A stretch of DNA of 64,000 nt from Orbicella franksi. Its lineage: Eukaryota. The stretch is taken from NCBI GenBank assembly GCA_964199315.1, contig OZ116706.1:1302001-1366000 (forward strand). Direction: 5' to 3'. The position numbers were made by a program, and so were the translations under genes. This document shows positions 49,001 through 61,000 of this stretch, piece by piece. Under the pieces are notes generated by a model. The model was not told the origin of the DNA, did not search any database, and saw only the letters and a program-made list of their open reading frames with translations. Positions within the stretch are counted from its first letter, which is position 1, and every line of letters starts with the position of its first letter.

Positions 49001-52000
49001 AAAAAAGAAAAAAAAAAAAAATAATAATCAAAGCTGTCAAAAGGTTTAAGGCCAGAGAGCTCATTCTAAATTTGTCTTAACGGTCTAAACCAAACAGATA
49101 AACTGATGACAAGGGTTTATCATCGGAATTTTCTATGAAGAGGTAATCAGTTTATTGAAAACACGCATCGCAACCAGGTACATATTATGCAGCAAACTCG
49201 AATACGTTCTGAACATATATACAGTCAGTCAAAGATATACATAGAAAGCTTCTCTCCGATGAGAAGCAAAGACAAAGTAAATTAAATTCTTTGAAATTTC
49301 GTTGGGAAGGGGAGATAATGAAACTCTTTTATGACTACCATCAGGTGAAAATGGTCTCTTGCCATTTACCTCAATGTAAGGTGGAAGAACCGTGGGCCCA
49401 GTGGATTATCCACCAAAATAATGTCGTTGTCGTGGAAAGGAGAGTGGTTTTCACGAGTAAATTTTGCCAAAAACGTAAGTAACCGCGACGCAAGGGTATT
49501 CAGACATTTTTCGAACAGTTTATAAATTTTAAGGTAATCACACATTGCTCTCAAGCACATCCACAGCATGCATTTCATGCAAACGAAGTCTTAAGTCATG
49601 TTGAACGAAAGCCGACTGGGAGGGAACTCAAACCAGACTTCAGACCATGCAGTTAGACTTCAGACTTCAGACTTCAGACCGTGAAGACAACTTTTGGGCT
49701 AGTTTTAGTTTGTCCCCAAAATATAAAGACAACACAGATGTTCCAGTCATTCCTGATATACTTCTGACTTAATCAGATTAATTCTTTTAACCTAATCGCT
49801 TCTGCTCTCCTGGTGCCTCGCGTAACAAACCTATCCATGACCTGCAGTCAGGATAAAAAGACTGTAAGCTTTAGGCAAGTGCTGTTGGAATTCTTTCTTC
49901 CAGTCATTTCTGACCGAGTACAAAAATAGAATGAATTATGAAGAATAAGTTACTTCAGACCAAGTTAAATATGAACGTTAAATATGAACGTTTCCCTCGG
50001 TTCAATCCCAAATCATTTGTCCTAATTAGGTTTGAATAGCTGTTAGTGCACGAAGTCTGCTTGATCATGTTTTGGAATATGAGATTAGACGTTCTTCAAG
50101 ATACATGTATATAATTATATCAACGCGGTACAATCTAGTTGAACTGGGGAAAGTTAATGCTTCGATATCAGTCTGGCGAAGAGACAATTTCAATAGTTCT
50201 GATAAACGTTTCCTGAGTAAAAGAATGCCTTCAGTGATGTCCAAGAGAAACACTGTTACCCGACGTGATGTTAAATAATCCGCCTCCCCCCCCCCCCCCC
50301 CCCCCCGCACAAACTCACCAATTAAACTGTGTCCCTTACTGAATATCTCGTTTTGGTTTCAAAACTGTCCCTTGTTACAAAAGCAAGTTTTTTTCGGTCA
50401 TTCGACATAAGTTGAATTTTTTCAAGGACTCAGGATTTAATCCGGTCAAAGTGACCTCAGAACTCTAGCATTGCGAGGATAACCGTACAACTGGCATTTT
50501 ATATCAAGAGGGTTATCGGGCATTCCAGCCAACAAAATGACTTTTTTTGTGGGGTTTAATTTGGGATGAACACGAAACTTGAAATCCAGCACGCGACAGC
50601 CGACTCATAACACAGCGTAAAGGAGCAAGTCAAGACGTAAGTACCTGACAAGAAATGTGACTTTTGCACTTAAGCGTATATTTTTTCGTAAGTTCAGATT
50701 TGCTCATTTTGCTATCTAGGTTGTATACATGTTTATCGTTTAACACTCAGCCGATATGGAGCCACTCGCACAACCTGCTCGCACGCTAATGAACACTTGC
50801 CTGTTGAGAAACTGATATATAAACTGGTCTTAGTTTAGTTTGCTTCTAAAACGGTTAAGTAGACAAACGCCTTAGAATGGTCGATACTTAAAAAGTTTGT
50901 TCGTTGCTCGTTAGCCAGGAGGGTTGTCTTTTGTCCTCATTTTCTTTTGCTTTTCCTTAAACTAAAGAGAAAAAAAATCAAATGAAACACCTTGACAAAA
51001 ATCCCGAAAGAGTCTTGGAAAGTTAGTGGGACGTCTAGCGACCACACAAACATCAGACCAACAATGTGAGGAACATTGAGCACTACAGAACACTTCAACA
51101 CTGTGTATAGCTCTCTGTTATCGCAGTACTAGATGCTGAGTGACACAGTTTGGAAGACTCGAGTAATTGCAAGTTTTCGTTGTTGCGACGAACTGTCCTT
51201 AACCGCCGTGAACAGCTGTATTTGACGATATTTTCAAAGCCATTATGCAATGCGAACTCGTTGATTCATGAACATTTATGCTAATAGCAATATCGGATTT
51301 TAGGCTAGTCACTGTAGTTTTCCAATTTTGATGACGTTAGAAAGGAAAGCTCTATTTGTATTCTTGAAATACAGCCACTGTTGCTATGGAGACAGTCCTG
51401 GGTACTTGAACAGCGGTGATTGGTTGTTGACGTTATCTTATAAATATAAATCAGACCAAACGTTTCATATCAGGTTCATAAGGAGACGCATAGCGTTATT
51501 ATCTCCTTGTTGCCTTTGAAAGGACTGAGGTTATCGACAAGAGAACACAAAGAATACACGATACGTGGGTAAGAACAAGAATTAGATGTCGGACAAAGCG
51601 TCTAGCTAGTAAACACATTATAATTAGCTCGAAGCTTTGTGTTTCTTTAAGATTTAGCGTTCTTTAGTGAAAATTGCAGCAAGTATTAGCCAGCTGGGTC
51701 CTCTGAATTTGACTTCATTGCTACAGCAATAACACTGGAGTGTTCAACATTAATTCGTCCAAAAGTTAAACTCAACTATATGGTAGAACTGAAAGTCATC
51801 ACTATTAACAAAAATATGTAGGACAAATTAATTAGAAGCTAACATAAGCTGGGTAACTTATATCAGTTCCAAGGTAAAACGGAAATCTCTTTTAAAATGT
51901 TATGATAGAAGATTCCTTACATAGTTGAATAGTTTGACCGACAGCAGCACGCAGTAGAACATTTTCACCATGGCCTCCATTCCTTCCAAGTCTCCGATTG

Positions 52001-55000
52001 ACATTGAATTTCTCCATACAAAATCAACGCATTATGGTAGAGTCTGTGAATCATTACGAGGAAAAAAAATCTTCAAGCCATACATTAAAAGAAATGTTAG
52101 TCAATCTGTCAGGGGAAAAAAAGCATTTCGAACTCCAGCCGGCTTATCAACTTATTTTTGAAACCATTCTGTTTTGTAAAGTTGAAGATAAAGGACTGCT
52201 CAAGTGGAGAAGAGTTTTCAAAAAATTAAAATTTGCCTATTCACTATAAATTCCAAACCGCCGTAAAACTCATGCGAAAATGTAACGATGGCTTGGCAAG
52301 TGACTGTTCGTTGCAAGAGTTGTGCGCTTCCTTACTGGCACAATGGAAGCCTGTTTTCCAGGCACGAACTTCGCAAAACTATTCTCATGCCATTCAAAGC
52401 TGCCTGGCAATTTTTTGTGGTAGAACGTAGCAGTTTGTTTCGGCTTAGATGATCGAATCAAATGCTACAAATTCTTGGAGTGTATACGTAGCCAAGGATA
52501 AAGAAAACTTTTAAACCAGCCTGAATCAGCGAAAATGAGCTAATTCTAACAATAATAAAAGCGACAAGAGTACAACCCTGATCAAACAAAGACAAGTTTA
52601 AACAACAGGTTCTGCCGTCAGCAAGTCTCACTTTGTGTATTTAAATATAGTTCAGCATTACAAAGAAAAAATCTGAGTTCCTGGCGCTATGCGACCTCGT
52701 GACCTTTGTGTGAGCACTGAGATAGTAACATTTTGACTTAGCTTGGCGAAGAAGTGAAAGAGATGGATTGTTCCTTCTGCCACACGCTGTTGCGCGAGCA
52801 CCGCACTCAAGGTCTGAATTCACAGTTGTCTTACATCGCTTATCGCTTGAACAGCATGAAATAGCAATAAATTATATCAATAACCTCTGGTTTCGTATCA
52901 AATATATTTCGCCTTGCCCACCCACAAAACTAATCAAAACCACACCGTCACATTTAAAGGAAATTTTCTCTGATTAGAACACGACTGAATGGCTTGTTTC
53001 TCGCATAGGAACAATTCGCGCGACAAGCCCTCAAAATCAAAATAGAAACCTTACAATCGCAAGGACCACAGAAAACCGCGGCTTTTTTTTCTCGCTGTCT
53101 CTAACGCAAGGGACGCTCAGCTCATAACCTGTAATGGCCGATTAGTAACAAATGGTGGACGGTGGGAAGTTATCTCGGTTTGGAGGCAAAAAGGAAATGA
53201 AAAACCAAATAGAGGACACTGTCACTGAACCCATTTCTCCTTCACGATCGTGCACGTGGTCGCAAGTGATCGCGAGAATTGTTAAAAAAAAACAAATTAA
53301 TTATTACTTTTAATCATTTACACTGGGTCTCGGAGTATTTTTTCGCGTGATCATTGAGTGTGTGAATTAGTTCTTTACCCTTGTTTATTGTTTACTTGCG
53401 GGGGAAGGGATTCAAAAGACCACACCTAGTGAAAAAGGTTATTTCTAAGGATCTTCTTGCCGTATTAAAAGTCAGTCAAACATCGTTTCCAGGGTGCCGA
53501 ACCTAAATTGCGTTAACTGCTCATAAGTAACCTAACTATATCCTCCCGGGTATCCTGTACGTTATAAGACAGTTTCTCAAGAGTTCATTAAGTAAGGCTA
53601 AGCCACTGATTAGGCCACATATTCATTCCTTCACGGACTAAAGAAACATTCTCACGGTTAAAACGTGTTTTTCTTGGGGCTGAACATGTTTTCCTAGTCT
53701 GTAACTGTAATTTAACTCCTCTTCAACGCGTGGGAAAAGATTACAGCCTTCTTACACCTTTCCAGTCTCTTTTCGTGCAGCTGGGAAAAATCAAAACACA
53801 GACCACAACTCCATTTTGCGGTGAAAACCAGGAACACAAGGTATAGGGCCTCGATCAAGGAATGGTATCGTAACTAACCCGCACGGAGATAGAATTATTG
53901 TTTTCTTTTCCATCAAGGTCATGAATCAGTAACCTTCTTGAATAGCCTGCGTTTAAATTGTAGTTCCCTGCTAGCCAGCATGGCGCCTTAAACTGTTTAG
54001 CTCAGTTTGCGTGCGTTGTAAGAAAATAATTAGCGATGTAAAAGGTATATATAAAGAAGGTAATTGATTATCAGAGGTCGTGCGAGTTGTGAGAAATCAA
54101 AGGCTCTCCGACTTCCTGTGAACGATACTTTTAGCAATGACAGATGCCATTTCCTCTAAATTGGTCAATAGCGAGCCTTCCGCTTTTCTATAAGTGGCAT
54201 GTCCCAAGTCAAATTTATTAAGACTTAGAGGAAAATTAATAGCAAGTCGTGTGCACTAGCCACGCACACGTTCAGAGTTTCCGACCCAACACCCGCGCGT
54301 GCCAACTACTAAGATAGGAGCTGCGATATCAGCGATAACCTTCGCTCTTGAACGTCCTATTTCGATTCGATTGATTTACCTACTGACAGACTGCAGACGT
54401 CTTCACTTCTAAGGCAAGGCCGATATATATTAATCTATTTACAAGCAAAACTGTTTACTACTCATTCCGTTAGATTATAATGTACATGATAAGGCTGCTA
54501 GGTATGGTCACTGCATTGAATCGCGTGTCTGCGTAATCTTTGTTTTAAATTCTTGTTGTTTTGGCTTCAGTTCATATGACTTTTGTTTTTTCTAACACAG
54601 AATGGCAGTTTTGGTAAACATGTAATGTAAACCCGCTTTCTATTAGACGGGAGATTCGCGGTTAGGTTGGAAAACCAAAGGTTCTTTTTTCTGAACAGTT
54701 ATTTAGTGATCATTCACTCTTCGCAGAGCTTTTCACTATAATAGTGTTTTACTGATACAAGTCTGATCCACTATCCTGTCATGTTGCCTGGATAATCTGG
54801 AAGAAATTTTCTCTGCTTGTCTTCAATTGATAATTTGAATCACAGCAGGGTAGAGAAATTTGAGAACTGTCAAGTTCACTCATATTCCCTCAGGGAAGTC
54901 TACTGCAGCTCACTTGGTATTTTTTCATCGTAGGTTGTCTCCGAAAACTCTTTTGACTGCGAGTCGATCTCAGTGCCGAGGATTTGCAGTATCGCACCAA

Positions 55001-55091
55001 GCTCGGGAGATTTGTAAGACAGAACGTGAACCTGATCAAGCCCTCAATTCGTGTAAGTTAAAAAACAACATTTTTAGTGTGATAACTGATC

Positions 55092-58000
55092 ATGGTTCCG
55101 CTTGTGAAGTTTTCACTCTTGTACGTGGTTTGTATGATGTGCGCTCTGACGCCGTGCGAAGCCCGATCTAAGAGGGCACGGCCTGTGATCCGCAAATCCT
55201 TGTTAATTGTCGACCAAGAGGGAATCGAGGTGATCAAGCACGCGTCCGAGTTGACCAAGAATGCCATAACGAAGTCGCTGAAACCAATGTTTATGGACGA
55301 CCACCATTTCATCAAGCGAGTGGCAATGGTTGAAAATTCGCTAAACAGAACCTCTAAGGAAGGCGGCCTTTGGAACGTCGACGAATGTGCTTTCAAAGCT
55401 ACACTCAACAGACGAAAGGAAAACAAAAAGTTAGCAGCGCTACACAAGACGGTACGCCGTACGTTTGGTGTCACTTGGTCCAAGATAAAATACAACGATT
55501 TAAGGCGACCCCTGTACTCTGTGTTGGCCGCTAGGATTATCCTGGAAATGACTGAACGCTCCATTCCCCGTGGTCTGAGAAACCAGGCAAAATTTTGGTT
55601 AGAGACATACCACGGCTGTGCAGAAAAACTCGGCAAACCACAAGCATGGGAAGAGATGAAAAACAAATTTATCAGAGGTGTGTTTTTTTATTTTGTCCCA
55701 TTTATTGTACAAATATAAATTAAAGGTAGAGATGCATGTAGAGATGCATGTTGAGTATTTACCAGTCAGCTTAAACTCTGGAATTAAGCTTAAAACAGAG
55801 GAATGAGGTCCTGTGCTTCAACCGGAAACTCAGTAGTAGGTTCCGGTGCGCATCGTATTTTCTCGCGAGAAAATGTACAGGAATCTCACCGCAAATGGAA
55901 AGGTCAGTGAGGTAATAACTAACTATTTTTACATTTCTTGCTGTGTCCCGCGTTATCTCACGCTAACTAGCAATGATTTCAAAGTTAATTATGTCTCGCG
56001 CGTGTGGCTGACTAAAACTGACTTGAAGATGTTGCGCTAGGTTTGGACAGCAAAATATAACATGATCTGGGAAGATTTGTTGCTTGAGCGTCTCTGCTAT
56101 GCTATTTTTGAATCTCATGAGTGTTTTTGAGAGGTTTACTGATATACTTTGATAGAAGCGCCCTTGTATAGAGCCAATGAGAATGAAGCAGATGAACAGA
56201 CATCGTGAAAGCGGCTTCGCCCGTAACTCCCGCGGCCACGCAGATTCTGTAAACAAACAAGTAGCGGCTAATGGTCGAATATAAATCTCAAATTTCTCAA
56301 GTAAAGTGCTGTCATTAGGCAATGGAATATTGGTAACAGCTGAAGATTGAACTTTGTTCTTCTCAGTAAAATAATTCATATAATGTCCTGGTTTTGGCAA
56401 GCCGCAGTTTCTGCTACTTTTCTCAAGAATATTATTGTTCCAGTTTATGATAGGATAAGGTGGAACACGCGGTTTTCCCTGTTTACTTAATAAACGTGAA
56501 CGCCGATAAACTTCCATGAAGCTGCTTCTCTTTTTCCGAGATAAAGTGTTCGCTGCTGTCGCAATTTGTTACAGAGCGCTAGGAACTTAACTCTTGTTTG
56601 TTCAAATTTACTCGTTGAACAGATTGCGGGCCGCGAAACTCACTAAAGGCTTGTTACCGATTTTATTACGTGATTCACTATTGATAAGGAAGCGAAAGGT
56701 AATTTCTGTTACAACGTTAGCGGGATTACAACTGCGCTTTGAGCTGCGGAACCAGCTCAAAAATGCTAGATAAAGCGAAAAAACGCTCAAAGCGTCTAAT
56801 AAATAGAAATACGATCTTTCATATTAGGGGGAATAAAGTTCGTAAATCAGTCATTTGTGTTTTACCCTTTGGTGTTTTAATTTTTTTTATTTTTGGGTGC
56901 ATTTTTTTCATCTCTGTGACAGTTAGTTGTTTTCATCACTTCTGATTTGTTTAGTTTGCCTCATAGAGAAACATTCTTTCCAGTCTGGTCCCGATAGAAG
57001 ACAAATAAAGCATTCTGATGATCTAATAACTGTAAAATTACTTAACACTAGAAATCAATTTTCCCTCTGCTAAATGATGAGAATAACACGTTCGATTCCA
57101 AGTGCTGTGTCATTTGTACTTAAAAAGTTTTGTTGTCGATTCTCCGGGACGAAAGTCACTAACAACTGAGAAATTGATACAAATTTGTTTTTAAAACCCT
57201 TTCATTCTTCCGGCCCCTTTGTTCTCAGTGTTATCACAATTGTATTTGTTCATGCTGTTTTTAAGCCCATTGGAATCGTTCGAGATAAAAAACATTTAAA
57301 GGAGATGAACAAACAGGATTTGTTGAATATCTCAAATGTAAACAATGCCCAGGAGTCTGATCCCCTCTTGGTGGCACTTTTGCACTTTGGGAAAAAGTTT
57401 TAGCGTAGCTCGTTTCCCGTTAACGTAAACAGAAATTTGCTGAAGTTGACAAAGAAATTGTTTTACCTCAAGGCAGTTTTGTTATTTCCTGTACATGCCT
57501 CCCCCATCAATTTATCTAGCCCACCCTAATAAATAACTGTTAAATAGTTCACATTAGTGTTTTTTTTTTTCTCACTCGTAAGACCCCCGCCCTCCATAAC
57601 CTTCTTGCTGCTCTCGGCTAATTCTTTCACTGATGGACATAGTATCGTATCCGTGGTGAACTATATATAAATTTCTATGGATTCTTATCGAAATAGTTTA
57701 ATGTTAACGCTTAGTAGGTACAGCGTCAAGTACGTGCTTCTAAATCTGTGCTGTGTAGGATCGGAATGGAAAGGATTAATCACTGAAGAACACTTAACAT
57801 ATCAACTGGCGGTGGAGTCCCAGATGTTCAAATTTACTCATTTGATCGCAATTGCATGAAAAGATCGCGCAATATGGGGTACACATTCATTTAATAAATA
57901 GCTGCTAGTTAAGAAAAGTAAGTACAAAGTACAGATAAGAATGAAAAAGAATAGCAATGCCATAAACATTAAAAGTGATCTTTTTAAAGGCCGTACGTGA

Positions 58001-61000
58001 GTGCATTTTGGAAGAATTTGTAGCCAATCGGTTCAGCTGACTGCGGTCACAAAAGCGAGAAAAAGTGTTTATTCAAGGAAATTATTCTCGCCCTAAAGGA
58101 AAAAGCAGGTCTCCGGCCGGACGTTTCTTGGTGTTCAACCACACCAGAATTGAAGTTCCGTGGCTTTTCATTAAAACTGGTTACAAACGACAATGGTGGT
58201 CCCACGCTAAATTATTTTCCACATTTTTACACTTAGCTTCTCTATTTTTCGAGAATCAAAACGTTTCCTCTTACTAAATGAGCTTCATTTACAAGAAACC
58301 TAATAAACAATTTGATTGGAATATGGTTGAAGGGGTTCAGAGTTTTCTGCTTATCTCGTCTCAAACTGAGAGAAGGAAAACAAGAGATTAGCTGGGATAA
58401 ACGGATCCACCTTATGAGATGGACTTCACTTTAGCACTGCAGGAAAGAGATCAGCTGTTTAGTAACTTGAAAATAATCCATTCACCCATCCAGTCAGAAG
58501 TCAAATAGTAAACATTTTCATTCAGCAACGGTTTTTTTTTTTATTATTATTTTCCTTGTAGTGCTAACGCCTGGTTACAACACGAAGTGTGCTCGCACTT
58601 GCACGTGACAGCATTGGTAATGTTCTTAGAACAGAACCATGACATTCTCATTTCGGCATTTCTTGAGTACCAATGGTGTTACGAATAATGTAATTGCATG
58701 TGTCGTGATAGCAAAGAAACTCAGTGTTAACATTGAAGTAGTGGTAAAGATGTTTTCTATCAGCAGCTTCGCTTTCGAAAAAGCCCTTGTCAGTGGCGAT
58801 AGATCTCGGAGAAACTACATTTCGTCAGTGTATTCGGCTGTCTTTTAATTATTTTTTTCCGTATGGAATTTCAAGTTTTCTTATTCTTGTTTCACTTAGC
58901 GATCGAATACACATTCTTGTGGGTTTTAAATTGATACTTCAACAATTATCAATCACGCAAGTCTTTAGTTTTCCTGTTTTTCATAAATGTTTGGAACTTT
59001 CTAGCTCCCATAAGACAATCAGGGCTTTGACTTCTGCCAAATCAAATTTAAAATCCTTGAAAACTTTTTAACTTTTCCAGGGACTAGGCTATCCTAGTTT
59101 GGGTTTCTCCATTCCTTGTCTTCTAATTGCCAGATCGATTGTTTCATATGCATTTAATGGGGAACTCCAGTCACAACGTGTAGGCCCGATAGAAATCCAA
59201 TTATCATTAATACGATCCGATTACTATTTTGGGCTCACCTTTAACCACCTATATTCCTCCGTACGTCCCTTTTCAGATGGTTTTATTTACTCATCGTTTC
59301 CAACAATCTCTTGTTAAGAATTTCTTTTAACTGAGGCCTAGCTGTTTTTCTGTTATAAGAAATCGGTGTGACATTAAAATACAGCACAGTTTGAAAATAT
59401 TGTTCTGCACGAAAGCAACGAGACATGTTTTAAAAAAATCATTTACATTGACGCCTTTTGAAACTTTGTTTATCTTTCAAACCAAAAACAGGCTCTTTAA
59501 AAGTTATTTTCTGAAAAAATCAACTTGAGGTTTTCCGCTTAAGATTCTATTGTTTCTGAGTGCTTTTATGTTTGCACGTACTGATACTTGACAAGAGCTC
59601 TTTATCTTTTCTTCAAAAGGCAAACAGCATTGCAGAAAGCCCGCCATAGTCAATCGAACTTTCGGAAATCGAACTCAATCGAACCAAATCCAATACCGAA
59701 CTTTGTGTGAGTTCGATTTCCGAAACAATCGAGCTCAATCGAACAAATCGAACCGAACCTAACTAAATCCATTAGATTGTGTTTGATTGGGTTCGGCAGC
59801 CGAATTCAATCGAACAAAATCCAATGGATTGCGTCTAATTGTTCGGAGAATAAATTCGCTTGAACAAAGATTATGTTATTTGGGCTCGTAAATACGAAAA
59901 ACGCGTGTTATACTGTAGTAACTCGAGCCTCGAAAACCTTGAACAAAGATTATGTTATGTGGTCTCGAAAACACGAAAAATACGTGTTATACTGTAATAA
60001 CTCAAGCCTCGAAAAACTTGTTCTTGATTTTCAACACCAGTTTTACAAAAAAACAAGAGTTCGGAAATCCAAAGTTCGATTTGGTTCGGTTGTCCAATTA
60101 TTTTTGTGTGAGTTCGATTTGGTTCGATTGCCGAACACAATCGAACTCAATTGATGGATTGAGTTTGATTTAGTTCGATTGAGTTCAATTGAATACAGTT
60201 CGATCGGGTTCGATTGACTATGCGGGAGTAAGAGTCCGTTTCATGAAAACTAAACCTATTTGGCATGGCGTGTGAAAATTAAGTAACCGATTAATAAATT
60301 AATAAATACATCAGACCAGTTGACTGTCGATCAACAGGTTTTTCCGGTGTTCATCATCAGTCCTTATTGCCCCCAGTGGGGCATGGGGCCGGTGCTCGGA
60401 ATACTGAGAAATTCTTCAGTTGCGCGAGCAGCGAGCACTTCAACAGCTAGTCTGTCAATGGAGACGGCTCCTGGATGTGCAGTGGCTGAAATTTCAGACG
60501 GCTTCAAAACTGACAGCCAATCACTAGTGTAGCGGTGCTGTTTGTTACGTCTTGCAGCCACTTGCAGCGTTTTTCGCTTCTTGTTCTATGATTCATGATG
60601 GTAAAGAACAATAAACAGTGCTCGTAATTTAAATGAGAAACTCACAGTTGCGCAAAGTTTGACTAAAAATGATCTCCTAGGGCTATTCTATTCAGTCCAT
60701 AGCTTGAACAAGAACAGTCACTAAGAACTGAAACAACAAGAATATGATAACCACCGCAGGAATACTGTGTCGTTACTGGAAAGAACGGCTGGCGCTTCCA
60801 TCATTTTACATGGAACTAAAATCTTTCCTGTGTTGATAGACACATACAGTCTTTTTCACAGCTATACCGGTGTGTGTGTATGGTTATATGTAGTGCTTTG
60901 TTCTACAAAAGTTCCCATGTCTACTTTTGAAGAAGTACAAAAACATGATGAAAAGAGGATTAAGTTTTTAAGAGGTAATGGTGGGTTAATCCGATAAATG

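Noticed and set aside
50286-50306. 21-nt poly-C run (G-quadruplex potential on the - strand)
   Set aside because: Isolated homopolymer in intergenic DNA, with unreliable length and no functional context.
46200-54800. 8.6-kb interval searched for genes or RNA genes
   Set aside because: Only short ORFs without motifs; no tRNA cloverleaf or rRNA similarity seen. Treated as intergenic/regulatory DNA.
55058-55666. 202-aa minus-strand ORF
   Set aside because: Antisense shadow of the signal-peptide exon, which has the splice donor and the family-like motifs.
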